Shown: one piece after another, positions 18,163 to 28,471 of the stretch
Position numbering within the stretch: position 1 is the stretch's first letter
Layout of the letters: each line of letters starts with the position of its first letter
NCBI GenBank assembly: GCA_003213595.1
Contig: QCMR01000001.1
Location: 24,148 to 88,147, forward strand
DNA: 64,000 bases
Origin: SAR86 cluster bacterium AG-422-E19
GTDB taxonomy: Bacteria > Pseudomonadota > Gammaproteobacteria > Magnimaribacterales > AG-339-G14
Direction: 5' to 3'
Position numbers and translations under genes: made by a program
Notes under the pieces: generated by a model
Database searches by the model: none
What the model saw: the letters and a program-made list of their open reading frames with translations, nothing else
Told to the model about the DNA's origin: nothing

Positions 18163-19374
18163 ATGAATTTTGAACATACTCCAAAGGTAAAAGAATTGAT
18201 AAGTGAGGTCTCTAACTTCATGAATGAAAATATATATCCTGCCGAAGAGATATATGCGAATGAAATGAAAGCTTTTCGAGACAGCGGTAATCCTTGGCAA
18301 GTTCCTAATGTTATAGAAGAGTTAAAGCTAAAAGCAAAAAAACAAGGTTTATGGAATTTTTTCTTACCTGAAAGCGAAAATGGTTTTGGCTTAACCAATT
18401 TGGAATATGCTCCTTTAGCAGAGATCATGGGCAAAGTGAGCTTTGCATCAGAAATCTTTAATTGTTCTGCGCCAGATACTGGGAATATGGAGGTTTTAGA
18501 TAAGTTTGGGTCTGACTTTCAAAAAGAAAAATGGTTAAAACCTCTTTTAGATGGCGAAATCAGATCGGCCTTTGCCATGACGGAACCAAAAGTAGCTTCG
18601 TCCGATGCTACCAATATAGAAAGTAAGATCGAAGAGGATGGGGACGAATATGTAATCAATGGAGAAAAATGGTGGACTTCTGGATTTGGCAGGCCTGATT
18701 GCAAAGTCATGATTTTTATGGGGGTCACCAATCCAGATAATCCTAAACACCAAAGACAGTCTCAAATACTTATTCCTACTGATGTTGAAGGAATTGAAAA
18801 CCTAAGAATGCTTACCGTTTATGGAGCTGATCATGCGCCCAATGGACATTCTCATCTAAGATTTAATGATGTGAGAGTCCCTAAAGAAAACTTAATTTTA
18901 GGTGAAGGTAGAGGTTTTGAAATAGCCCAGGGAAGACTTGGGCCTGGGAGAATTCATCACTGCATGAGAATCATAGGAGTTGCAGAAAGAGCATTAGATT
19001 TGCTCTGCAAACGCTCTCTAAGCAGAAAAGCCTTTGGTAAACCTTTGGCAGAGCTGGGTGGTAATTATGACGTGATAGCCGACTGCAGAATTGAGATAGA
19101 AATGTGTAGATTGATGACTCTTAAAGCAGCTCATATGATGGATACAGCTGGGAACAAAATTGCAAAAAGTGAAATTGCTCAGATTAAAGTTGCCATTCCT
19201 TTAATGGCAACCAGAGTTATTGATAAAGCTATCCAAATTCATGGTGGCGCAGGTGTCTCTCAAGATACTCCCTTAGCAAGCCTATACGCTTCTGTAAGAT
19301 ATCTAAGAATTGGCGATGGTCCAGATGAAGTCCACAGAAGAACTGTGGCTCGCTATGAGCTTGGAAAACATTAA
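18163..19374 (+). CDS. Acyl-CoA dehydrogenase family protein, ACAD10/11 / LvaC-like subfamily
   Basis: [52 protein letters not shown]; start moved to ATG 18163. Confidence 0.9.
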   Translation: MNFEHTPKVKELISEVSNFMNENIYPAEEIYANEMKAFRDSGNPWQVPNVIEELKLKAKKQGLWNFFLPESENGFGLTNLEYAPLAEIMGKVSFASEIFNCSAPDTGNMEVLDKFGSDFQKEKWLKPLLDGEIRSAFAMTEPKVASSDATNIESKIEEDGDEYVINGEKWWTSGFGRPDCKVMIFMGVTNPDNPKHQRQSQILIPTDVEGIENLRMLTVYGADHAPNGHSHLRFNDVRVPKENLILGEGRGFEIAQGRLGPGRIHHCMRIIGVAERALDLLCKRSLSRKAFGKPLAELGGNYDVIADCRIEIEMCRLMTLKAAHMMDTAGNKIAKSEIAQIKVAIPLMATRVIDKAIQIHGGAGVSQDTPLASLYASVRYLRIGDGPDEVHRRTVARYELGKH

Positions 19375-19390
19375 AGTTCTTTAATATAAT
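19361..19390 (+). promoter_or_regulatory. sigma70 promoter, probable leaderless transcript
   Basis: TTGGAA-18-TATAAT, 7 nt before ATG 19398, no SD. Confidence 0.55.
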
Positions 19391-19397
19391 TATTTTC

Positions 19398-19928
19398 ATG
19401 CTTTATTACCAAGAAGAATCTTGTGAACTGACTTTGAAAGAAGGTATTGAAGAATATCGTGAATATTTGATAGCAAATAATCGCCATGTCTTGGGTGAAA
19501 ATTGCTCAGAAGACGAAAAATTCAATATCTTATGTCACGATGCAACTCATGTGATTTTTGGTTTGGATACTTCTTTGGAGGAAGAAGCGATGCTTGATTG
19601 CTGGATATTTTTTGGTGGAGATTACTTTAAAGTTACGATGGAATATTTAAAAGGCTCCTTAGATATAAAAGAAACAAATGAAAAAGTTTTTGCGCTTGTT
19701 AATGAAGTAGGATATTTAAAATACACATATCTGTACTTAAGAGTGATGTTCCAAAAATGGCCAAAGATTTTTTTCAGAACGAGAAAGATGAAAAAATGGT
19801 CTTATTTTTTTCCTGCAGATTTTCTTGAAAAGAAAATCTCAGACCTCAGAAAAGAATTCAATATAAAAATACTTTCTCCTGAAGAAAGAAAAATAACGAA
19901 GATCTCTTGGCAAAGAGCTATTTCTTAA
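19398..19928 (+). CDS. Coq4-like metal-binding protein
   Basis: HDATHVIFGLDTSLEEEA matches the Coq4 HDxxH(x11)E motif; C-terminal ISDLRKEFNI. Confidence 0.6.
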   Translation: MLYYQEESCELTLKEGIEEYREYLIANNRHVLGENCSEDEKFNILCHDATHVIFGLDTSLEEEAMLDCWIFFGGDYFKVTMEYLKGSLDIKETNEKVFALVNEVGYLKYTYLYLRVMFQKWPKIFFRTRKMKKWSYFFPADFLEKKISDLRKEFNIKILSPEERKITKISWQRAIS

Positions 19929-20005
19929 TAAATTCACTTTCTTAAAAATATTCAAGCTTGACAAGTATGCTAATTTGTTAGGTGAAGATTAAATTGAGGT
20001 GAAAA

Positions 20006-21217
20006 ATGCAAAATGCTTTGTCTAGAAAGCTTCCTGTAACCGTGCTTTCAGGTTTTTTAGGAGCTGGGAAAACAACTGTTTTAAGTCATATCTTAAATAA
20101 TAGAGAAAATAAAAAAGTTGCTGTCATTGTTAATGACATGAGTGAAATTAATATTGATGCTGAAACTATAAAAAATGAAATTTCTCTTAATAGGAGCGAA
20201 GAAAAGCTCGTTGAAATGAGTAATGGCTGTATTTGTTGTACTCTCAGAGAAGATTTACTTAAAGAAGTAACAAATCTTGCTAATCAGGGTCGTTTTGATT
20301 ATTTAGTTATCGAGTCTACTGGTATTTCAGAACCTTTACCGGTTGCAGAAACATTCACATTTGCTGATGAAAATGGAATTTCTTTATCTGATGTTGCTGA
20401 TTTAGACACTATGGTAACAGTTGTAGATGCAGTAAATTTTTTAAAAGATTACGAAGAAGCAAAATATCTTAAAGATAAGGGAGAGTCTCTAGGAGAAGAC
20501 GACGAAAGGAGTGTAGCGGACTTATTGGTTGATCAAGTAGAATTTGCAGACTTAATTCTGATAAGTAAAACAGATCTTATTGATGACCAGGCCTTAAAAA
20601 GGCTTATCGCCATAATCAAAACTTTAAACACTAAAGCTAAAATTATTCCCATTATCAAGGGTGAAGTAGAATTAGATAAGGTGTTAAACACTGGTTTGTT
20701 TGACTTTGAGGAGGCTCAAAAAGCTCCTGGTTGGCTTAAGGAAATGCGGGGAGAACACATTCCTGAAACCGAGGAATATGGTATTGCTAGTTTTAGCTAC
20801 GAAGCAAGAAGACCTTTCCATCCAGAAAAATTTCTAAACTTTTTACATTCAACTCAAAAATTTGGAAAACTTATCAGGTCTAAGGGTTTTTTCTGGCTAG
20901 CTACCCGACCTGAATTTGCTGGCCAATGGAGTCAAGCTGGGGGAATTGCTCATTATGGCTTTGCCGGTATGTTTTGGAAAGCTGTACCTGAAAAAGATTG
21001 GCCTCAAGATGAAGAATATCTTTCCTCTATAAAAGAACAATGGGTTGAGCCATTTGGGGACATGCGACAAGAATTAGTTTTTATTGGACAACATCTTGAT
21101 AAAGAAAAAATGATTAATACTCTTGATCAATGTCTTTTAACGGAAGATGAAGTTCTCAAAGGTAGAGAATACTGGGAATCACTTAATGATCCATTTCCTG
21201 CATGGAATGAAAGTTAA
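20006..21217 (+). CDS. zigA: COG0523/CobW-family metallochaperone GTPase (ZigA/YciC-like)
   Basis: [55 protein letters not shown]. Confidence 0.9.
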   Translation: MQNALSRKLPVTVLSGFLGAGKTTVLSHILNNRENKKVAVIVNDMSEINIDAETIKNEISLNRSEEKLVEMSNGCICCTLREDLLKEVTNLANQGRFDYLVIESTGISEPLPVAETFTFADENGISLSDVADLDTMVTVVDAVNFLKDYEEAKYLKDKGESLGEDDERSVADLLVDQVEFADLILISKTDLIDDQALKRLIAIIKTLNTKAKIIPIIKGEVELDKVLNTGLFDFEEAQKAPGWLKEMRGEHIPETEEYGIASFSYEARRPFHPEKFLNFLHSTQKFGKLIRSKGFFWLATRPEFAGQWSQAGGIAHYGFAGMFWKAVPEKDWPQDEEYLSSIKEQWVEPFGDMRQELVFIGQHLDKEKMINTLDQCLLTEDEVLKGREYWESLNDPFPAWNES

Positions 21218-21229
21218 AAAAAGAGATTA

Positions 21230-21850
21230 GTGAAAGCGGTTTTTGGTAATAGCTTCTGTGACTTTGAGAATCTAATCTCAAAGCAAGTTGAAGTTGTGGG
21301 AGTCTTACCTGAAAAATTTGAAGAAGTAATTTCATTTGCAGAAAAGGTTGCCAAGAACAAAAAAAACTTAGAATTAGAATTTTCTTATCCTTTAAATCAG
21401 GATAAGGCATTAGAAAGTTTTTTTTTAAAATCTTTAGATATGAATGATGTCGCTTTAATTACAAATCCTATAGTTGAGGTAAGTAAAATTTTAAGAAAAC
21501 TTACAAAATGCAAAAAAGTTAACATCAAATTAACATCCTTAAGATCTCCGATGTGTCCTATCTTTCATGTTGATAATATTCCATGTAGGTTTTTGGTAAC
21601 TCTTTATGGATCAGGGACAGAGTGGATTCCCCATGATGAAGTTGATTGGAAAATTTTTGACGAAAAGGATTCCAACAAAAGTCCTTTAAAAGACAGATAT
21701 AAAATTAAAAATTTTAAAACAGGCGAATGGTCTTTACTCAAAGGTGGTTCCTGGCAAGAAAATTTTAATGGAGTAGTACATAGATCTCCTCATAATAATG
21801 AAGAGAGACTGCTTCTCTCAATTGACCCCTTATTTTTAGAGACTGATTGA
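21230..21850 (+). CDS. DUF1826 family protein
   Basis: MCPIFHVD...RFLVTLYGSGTEW...LLKG...HRSP...RLLLSID; a common partner of zigA. Confidence 0.82.
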   Translation: MKAVFGNSFCDFENLISKQVEVVGVLPEKFEEVISFAEKVAKNKKNLELEFSYPLNQDKALESFFLKSLDMNDVALITNPIVEVSKILRKLTKCKKVNIKLTSLRSPMCPIFHVDNIPCRFLVTLYGSGTEWIPHDEVDWKIFDEKDSNKSPLKDRYKIKNFKTGEWSLLKGGSWQENFNGVVHRSPHNNEERLLLSIDPLFLETD

Positions 21851-21857
21851 TAAATCT

Positions 21858-21934
<77 letters not shown>

Positions 21935-21961
21935 GAATAATATCTAGCATTCTGAATGAAT

Positions 21962-23752
21962 TTATTCGTCTAGGAAAGTTTTAAGATGTCCTGATCTTGA
22001 TGGGTGTCTGAGTTTTCTCAGAGCTTTAGCTTCAATCTGTCTGATTCTCTCTCTAGTCACGTCAAATTGTTTACCAACCTCTTCTAAAGTATGATCGGTA
22101 TTCATGCCAATCCCAAATCTCATTCTCAATACTTTTGCTTCTCTGGCCGTTAGGCTAGATAAAACACCATCTGTTGCATCATGAAGATTATTTTCTGTAG
22201 CTGCATCAATTGGAGAATCTTGTAAGGGGTCTTCAATGAAATCACCTAAGGTGGTGTCGTCTTCATCTCCTATTGGAGTTTCAGTAGAAATAGGTTCTTT
22301 AGCGATTTTTAAAACTTTTCTTATTTTTTCCTCTGGCATGTCCATCTTTTCTGAAAGTTCTTCTGGTGTTGGTTCCTTGCCATGTTCTTGTAACATTTGA
22401 CGAGAAATTCTGTTCAATTTATTGATAGTCTCAATCATATGAACAGGAATACGTATCGTTCTCGCTTGGTCTGCAATCGATCTAGTAATAGCTTGTCTAA
22501 TCCACCAGGTTGCATAGGTTGAAAATTTATATCCCCTTCTGTATTCAAATTTATCAACTGCTTTCATTAAACCAATATTTCCTTCTTGAATAAGATCTAA
22601 AAATTGCAGGCCTCTATTTGTATATTTTTTTGCAATAGAAATAACAAGTCTTAAGTTTGCTTCAATCATGTCTTTTTTAGCTCTTCGGATTTTAGTTTCG
22701 CCTTTAGTCATTTTTGAGGTAATGTCTTTGAGCTCGCCGACGGTCATTCCAACGTTGTCTGTAAGAGACGTTATTCTTTTTTGAATCTTGTTAATATCTG
22801 GTTTTGCTTCTTTAAGAAGTTGAGCGTAGTTCTTCTTGGAACGAATGGTACTATCAAGAAATTTGGGATTTGTTTGGTTATCTCTAAAAATTTCCAAGAA
22901 GTCCTTTCTTGGCATGTTGCAATCTTGCGTGCAAATGTCATAGATTTGTCTTTCAGAATCCCTAATTGCTTTTGCCAAAGCCCTAGCTGTGAGAGATATT
23001 GTTTCAAATCTTTTTGGTGAGAGCTTAAGAAACTTAAATATCTCACCTAATTTATCAAGCTCTTTTTGAGCTTTATCATTATCTCTGCCGGAGGCAGCAA
23101 TGGTTTTTTGTGACTTGTTGTATTGTCTTTTAACAGAAGAAAGTCTTTTAGCAAGTTCTTCCATATTAATACCCACATCTTCTTCTTCTTCATCATCATC
23201 ATCTGCTGCAGCTGCAATTTCCTGAGCTGAAGGTGGAAGATCTTCTTCTTCATCCATGAAACCTACAACTAAATCTGTGATTCTTTTATCTTCTTTTTTG
23301 ATTAATTCATATTCCAATAAAACATCTTCAATGATTCCTGGATAGAAGGCACAGGCATGAAGAAGATCTCTTGCACCTTCTTCAATACGCTTTGCAATTG
23401 CGATTTCACCTTCTCTTGTTAACAAGTCAACAGAGCCCATTTCTCTCATGTAGAGCCTTACAGGATCGGTAGTTCTCCCAACTTCGGACTCAATGGTACC
23501 CATTTCGTTTTCGGTTGGTGGTTCAGGAGTATCTTGGTTTGCAGGAGAAAAATTAGAACCTTCTTCTGGAGCCTCTTCTAGAACTTGAAGGCCTAAATCG
23601 TTTATTATCTGGATAACTTCATCCAGTTGATCTGGATCAGAAACTTCATCGGGTAAGTAGTCGTTTATGTCAGCAAAGGTGATGTAGCCCTGTTCTCTGC
23701 CTTTTTCAATGAGCTCTCTCAGCCCACTATTCTCTAAATCGTCGTCAATCAT
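21962..23752 (-). CDS. rpoD: RNA polymerase sigma factor RpoD
   Basis: [67 protein letters not shown]. Confidence 0.98.
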   Translation of the reverse strand: MIDDDLENSGLRELIEKGREQGYITFADINDYLPDEVSDPDQLDEVIQIINDLGLQVLEEAPEEGSNFSPANQDTPEPPTENEMGTIESEVGRTTDPVRLYMREMGSVDLLTREGEIAIAKRIEEGARDLLHACAFYPGIIEDVLLEYELIKKEDKRITDLVVGFMDEEEDLPPSAQEIAAAADDDDEEEEDVGINMEELAKRLSSVKRQYNKSQKTIAASGRDNDKAQKELDKLGEIFKFLKLSPKRFETISLTARALAKAIRDSERQIYDICTQDCNMPRKDFLEIFRDNQTNPKFLDSTIRSKKNYAQLLKEAKPDINKIQKRITSLTDNVGMTVGELKDITSKMTKGETKIRRAKKDMIEANLRLVISIAKKYTNRGLQFLDLIQEGNIGLMKAVDKFEYRRGYKFSTYATWWIRQAITRSIADQARTIRIPVHMIETINKLNRISRQMLQEHGKEPTPEELSEKMDMPEEKIRKVLKIAKEPISTETPIGDEDDTTLGDFIEDPLQDSPIDAATENNLHDATDGVLSSLTAREAKVLRMRFGIGMNTDHTLEEVGKQFDVTRERIRQIEAKALRKLRHPSRSGHLKTFLDE

Positions 23753-23810
23753 ATTTTGGGAATTTGATTATATATAAGTTTGAAAGTCTTAACTATTAAA
23801 TTTTTAGCAA

Positions 23811-25559
23811 TTAGAGCTTTTTAAATAAGGATAGTTCGTCCTCTGTAAGTTGTTCAAATTTAGAAGTAAGAAGTTTTTTTAGCTCTATTTTTTCTTTGGA
23901 ATCCAACTCATTTTTTTCATACTTTATCTTTAATTTTTCCAAAAGATTATCCCCTTGATTTCTTTCAATGTAATCAACTGCCTGTTTGATGAACTCCAAA
24001 CCCTCATCAGGACCGATGAGGTTTTGATCGTTTGAAAGATCAATCAAAATGTTTTTTTGCTCAGGAAACTCTTGGATAATCATAGGAAAAGATAAATCTG
24101 ATTTAGCTCTTAAAAAAGAAATTAAGGAACTAATTAAGAATTCATTGTTATCTATAAAATAATCTAGGTATTCAGATTTAGCTAAATCTGGATTATGAAT
24201 AATGCATTTTAGTAAGCTCTTAGTTACCTTACTAAGATCCATTTCCATGTCCTTTGTTTGAGAATGTTTTTTAGCTTCTGGTTTTGTTGGTGAAACCTCA
24301 ATGAGATCAATATCCATTTTTTTTGAAAACTCTTTGATCAGAATAGTTTTAAAGTTGCCTTCTTGCATGGGCTTTACTAAAGAAACAAACTCTTTGGATG
24401 CTGCAGCCTTACCTTCTAAAGAGCTGTCATGTTTTTCTAGAATGCTTTCAAATAAATAGTCGGAAAGATTTGTTGCGTCGTTAATTAGCTTAGGTAATTC
24501 GTCTTTTCCTTTTTCTAACAGCAGACTTGCTGGATCATGATCATCTGGTAAGAATAAAAACTTAACTCTTTTGCCATCTTTCACAACCGGAATAGCTATT
24601 TCGAGTGCTAATTTTGAGGCATTTCTGCCTGCCTTATCTCCATCAAAACAAAATATAACTTCATCTGTCTTTTGAAAAAGTGTTTCTAAATGAAATTTAT
24701 TAGTCGCTATTCCCAATGTTGCAACGGCAATGGGTAAATCAAAACTAAAACAAGCCAAAACATCCATATAACCTTCCACTACTAGGATCTGACTTGGTCT
24801 TGAGCTTCTTGCTAAAACATTTGGAAGTCCATATAGTTCTCTGCTTTTTTTGAAAACTTCTGATTCTGGAGTATTGAGGTATTTGGGTTGATCTTGATCA
24901 TCTAAGACTCTGCCTCCAAATCCAACAATTTTGTTTCTTCTTGAGACAATAGGAAAAATCAATCTGTTTCTGAAAACATCATACTTTCTTTCATTTTTTG
25001 CAACTTTAAAAAGTTTAGAAGATTCCTTGGCTTCAATCTTTTTGGATTCAAAATGTTTTACAAGATTATCCCAACCTTCCAAACTTAAACCCAATTCAAA
25101 TTCCTTTGAGATTTTTTCTGAAATTCCTCTTTCCTTCAAATAAGATCTTATGTGTTCTCCTTCCTTTGGCTTAAGAAGATTATTCTTATAAAAGTTTTTA
25201 GCCTCATCATTAAAACGAAATAATTCATCAAATTTTTCCCTATCGTAGTTTGATTTTGTCCTTGGAATTTCCAAACCAAGGTTTTTTGCTAAAATTTCCA
25301 CAGCTCCAACAAAATCTTTTGACTGATAATTCATCAAAAAACCAATAGCATTTCCTGAAGCTCTACATTTAAAACAATAATAAAACTGCTTTTGATCACT
25401 CACGCTAAATGATGGGTTGCTTCCATCATCACAAAAAGGACACTGTGCCCAATGATCTTTGCCTTTTCTTTTTAAAGGAACATAAGAATCAACTAAAGAG
25501 ACAATATCTGAATCCTCTAGAACTTTTTGAATAAAATCTTCAGGAATAAAATCAGACAT
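23811..25559 (-). CDS. dnaG: DNA primase
   Basis: Zinc ribbon, FRNRLIFPI, GFGGR, PKYLN, VEGYMDV, FDGDKAG. Confidence 0.96.
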   Translation of the reverse strand: MSDFIPEDFIQKVLEDSDIVSLVDSYVPLKRKGKDHWAQCPFCDDGSNPSFSVSDQKQFYYCFKCRASGNAIGFLMNYQSKDFVGAVEILAKNLGLEIPRTKSNYDREKFDELFRFNDEAKNFYKNNLLKPKEGEHIRSYLKERGISEKISKEFELGLSLEGWDNLVKHFESKKIEAKESSKLFKVAKNERKYDVFRNRLIFPIVSRRNKIVGFGGRVLDDQDQPKYLNTPESEVFKKSRELYGLPNVLARSSRPSQILVVEGYMDVLACFSFDLPIAVATLGIATNKFHLETLFQKTDEVIFCFDGDKAGRNASKLALEIAIPVVKDGKRVKFLFLPDDHDPASLLLEKGKDELPKLINDATNLSDYLFESILEKHDSSLEGKAAASKEFVSLVKPMQEGNFKTILIKEFSKKMDIDLIEVSPTKPEAKKHSQTKDMEMDLSKVTKSLLKCIIHNPDLAKSEYLDYFIDNNEFLISSLISFLRAKSDLSFPMIIQEFPEQKNILIDLSNDQNLIGPDEGLEFIKQAVDYIERNQGDNLLEKLKIKYEKNELDSKEKIELKKLLTSKFEQLTEDELSLFKKL

Positions 25560-25974
25560 TTTTACTTTTTTCTCTTAACCAAGATTCCAAAATTACCTGA
25601 GCAGCTAAAGCATCAATTCCAGGATTAGGTTGTATCTTATTTTTTTTAATTATTTCCTTTTGCTCCTTTGCCTCAAAAGAAGACAATCTCTCATCATGAA
25701 GTTTACATTCTATGTTTAAAGATTTTTCAATTTTTTCCTTAAAACCTCTAACCTCTTTAGACATTTTACTTTCTGTATCGTCCATATTTATTGGGAGGCC
25801 TAAAATAATTAATTTTACTTCCCACTCGTTTACTAAATCTTGTATTTCTTGAAAGAGTTTTTTTTGTTTTTTATAAATAATTGTTCCTTGGGTTGAGGAA
25901 GTAAGTGTAATGTCATTACCGATGGCATAACCGATATATTTTTGCCCATAATCTATACCTAAGATGTTTGCCAT
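25552..25974 (-). CDS. yqgF: YqgF/RuvX pre-16S rRNA nuclease
   Basis: LGIDYG, GLP, DERLSS, IDALAAQVILE. Confidence 0.92.
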   Translation of the reverse strand: MANILGIDYGQKYIGYAIGNDITLTSSTQGTIIYKKQKKLFQEIQDLVNEWEVKLIILGLPINMDDTESKMSKEVRGFKEKIEKSLNIECKLHDERLSSFEAKEQKEIIKKNKIQPNPGIDALAAQVILESWLREKSKNV

Positions 25975-26909
25975 TAAAAAGCTTTTTCTATCTGCTCAAT
26001 TAAGTCCTTGGCGAGGTTTATGCCTTGTTGATCATACAATTCTCTAAAACAAGTAGGACTCGTAATGTTTATTTCTGTCAGAAAAGATCCCAATATGTCT
26101 ATGCCTGCAACCAAAATGCCTTTTTCGATTAATTTAGGTTTTATGGCATTTACAATCTCAAGATCTCTATCGTTCAATTCTCTAACTTCTGCCTTTCCTC
26201 CAGCAGCAAGATTTCCACGAAAATCATCTCCTTGAGGAATCCTGGTCACAGAAAAACCACAATCTTTGCCTGAAATTAGAATGACTCTTTTATCTCCTTC
26301 AAATACTTCAGGAATGAATTTTTGTATCATCATTTTTTCTTTTTTTTGATCAATCAAGTCAAGGGTTTCAAGAAGATCTGAGTCTTCATGATGAAGTCTT
26401 TTAATGCCTTCCCCGCCCATCAAACCTAAAGGTTTAATAACTACTTCTGAATTTTTATGAATAAAATCTTTAATAATCTCTTTTGAAGAAGAAACTATGG
26501 TATGAGTAATTAAAGAGGGATAATCAAGAATTGCCAATTTTTCATTGTTATCTCTAAGTGCTTTTGGATGATTAAATACTTTGACTCCCAATTTTGTGGC
26601 AGCTTCCAAAATATAAGTATTATTTATGAAGTCCATATCGAAAGGAGGATCTTGTCTCATCAATATTGCATCAAAGAAATCTAAAGACGAGATGGTATTT
26701 TCCCCTTTTTCATACCAGCTAGATTCTTCATATTTAACTGAAATAGGAGAAAATTCTGCACAAGGTTTGTCAGCATTAAAAAAAAGACAATCTGGCTCTA
26801 TGTAAAAAATTTCATGCCCTTTTTCTTGAGCCTCAACCATCATAGCTAAAGTAGAGTCTTTTTTATAAGAAATCTGAGAGATGGGATCCATTACAAAAGC
26901 TAGTTTCAT
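25974..26909 (-). CDS. gshB: Glutathione synthetase
   Basis: MDPI...KDST, MRQDPPFD, NEKL, RGNLAAGG, EINITSPTC. Confidence 0.96.
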   Translation of the reverse strand: MKLAFVMDPISQISYKKDSTLAMMVEAQEKGHEIFYIEPDCLFFNADKPCAEFSPISVKYEESSWYEKGENTISSLDFFDAILMRQDPPFDMDFINNTYILEAATKLGVKVFNHPKALRDNNEKLAILDYPSLITHTIVSSSKEIIKDFIHKNSEVVIKPLGLMGGEGIKRLHHEDSDLLETLDLIDQKKEKMMIQKFIPEVFEGDKRVILISGKDCGFSVTRIPQGDDFRGNLAAGGKAEVRELNDRDLEIVNAIKPKLIEKGILVAGIDILGSFLTEINITSPTCFRELYDQQGINLAKDLIEQIEKAF

Positions 26910-26910
26910 T

Positions 26911-27612
26911 CTATTTATTTAAAATTTTTAACATTGACAATAATACAGTAGGTACTGTTTCTGTTTTGATGACTAACTCTCCAAGAGAGATGCCTTCTAA
27001 ACCATTGGATTTCATTTTATCAATTTCCTTAGGAGAAAAGCCTCCTTCTGGGCCTATAGAAAAGTAAATTTCATCCAATTTCGACAAGGATTCAATTTTT
27101 TTATTCTCTCCTAGATTTAGATAAAACTTATTCTCCGATGGTATTTCCATTTGCCATTCATCTAAGGTCTTATATCCAATTTGTGGCATCCAATTGTTTC
27201 CAGATTGTTCACAGGCTCCCGTTACAACTTTTTTCCATCTTTCTATTTTTTTTTCTGAGGGTTTTTTTAAAAACTTTGATCTTTCAGATGATAAGCAATC
27301 AACTCGATGAACTCCCAATTGAGTCACTTCATTTAAAATTTTTTCAAAATTTTTTATTTCAGAAATGCCTAAAGAGATTTTTGGGATGATTTTTTCTTGA
27401 ATCTTTGTCTCACTGGTTGAGAAAATTTCACAGGTTTTTTTGTTAATGAGGGAAATAGCTGCTTCAAGGAATTGTCCTTTAGAATTAAATACTTCTATCT
27501 TGTCTCCTTCTCTTTTTTTTATAACTAGAAGGTGGTGAAAACTGTCTTTATCTAGTATGTAAGTTTTGTTTTTTGTAAGTTCCTGATCGAGAAAAATTCG
27601 TGGTATTCTCAT
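26911..27612 (-). CDS. rsmE: 16S rRNA m3U1498 methyltransferase
   Basis: MRIPRIF, ACEQSG, IGPEGGFS, KTETV. Confidence 0.9.
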   Translation of the reverse strand: MRIPRIFLDQELTKNKTYILDKDSFHHLLVIKKREGDKIEVFNSKGQFLEAAISLINKKTCEIFSTSETKIQEKIIPKISLGISEIKNFEKILNEVTQLGVHRVDCLSSERSKFLKKPSEKKIERWKKVVTGACEQSGNNWMPQIGYKTLDEWQMEIPSENKFYLNLGENKKIESLSKLDEIYFSIGPEGGFSPKEIDKMKSNGLEGISLGELVIKTETVPTVLLSMLKILNK

Positions 27613-27653
27613 ACTTTTATCTTACTGCATATATTTAGCTTGTTTTTATTTAA

Positions 27654-28208
27654 ATGAAAATTTTTCTGATTAGACATGGTGAAGCTTCCCAATCTTGGGA
27701 CCAATCAGCGGATCCAGGATTAAGCGAACTTGGCAAAGAACAAGCTCTGGAGTGTTTTAATACTCTCTATGAAAATGAAGATCTCAATCAATTTAATTTA
27801 ATCTCCAGTCCACTTAAAAGAGCTCAAGAAACTAGTTTGCATTTCAAAAAAAACTTAGATAAGCAACTGTCCTTGAATGAGGCCTTCAGAGAAATTCCAT
27901 CTCCAGGTATATCTTTATTAGAGCGTAAAAATTGGTTACAAGAAGTTTTCAAAAAAAATATTAACGAATTGGAAAAGCCTCAACAAATTTGGCAATCAAA
28001 AATTCTTTCTACTTTAAAAAGTTTTACCGAACCAACAATCATATTCTCTCACTTCATGGTTATAAATATTGTTGTAAGTACTTTAAAAAATGATCCCAGA
28101 GTGGTTTCTTTTTATCCTGACAACTGCTCGATTACTGAAATAGAGAATAAAGAAGGCAAACTAAATTTAATATCTATAGGAAATGAATTACAAACCCACG
28201 TAAATTAA
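27654..28208 (+). CDS. Histidine phosphatase family protein
   Basis: RHGE, SSPLKRAQET, FSH. Confidence 0.88.
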   Translation: MKIFLIRHGEASQSWDQSADPGLSELGKEQALECFNTLYENEDLNQFNLISSPLKRAQETSLHFKKNLDKQLSLNEAFREIPSPGISLLERKNWLQEVFKKNINELEKPQQIWQSKILSTLKSFTEPTIIFSHFMVINIVVSTLKNDPRVVSFYPDNCSITEIENKEGKLNLISIGNELQTHVN

Positions 28209-28471
28209 TGAGAAGTAAAGATCAAAATAAAGAAGATAGAAAGTCGTTAAAATATCAAGTTGGATTATCCTTGAGAAGATACTTCAAAGAATTGGATGGA
28301 AATAAAGCCACTAATGTTTTTGAAATGGTCATAAAAGAGGTGGAAAAACCAATGCTTGAAGAAGTGATGAAATTTTGTAACGGCAATAAATCCCAAGCCA
28401 GCAAAATATTAGGTATAAATAGAGTCACACTTAGAACAAAACTAAAACAATACAATATAAAAAATGGCTAA
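28208..28471 (+). CDS. fis: Fis family DNA-binding protein
   Basis: EVEKPML...GNKSQASKILGINRVTLRTKL; precedes purH. Confidence 0.9.
   Translation: MRSKDQNKEDRKSLKYQVGLSLRRYFKELDGNKATNVFEMVIKEVEKPMLEEVMKFCNGNKSQASKILGINRVTLRTKLKQYNIKNG

Noticed and set aside
23178-23216. Trinucleotide runs (tct/tca/gca) in rpoD
   Set aside because: They encode the normal acidic non-conserved region of sigma70.
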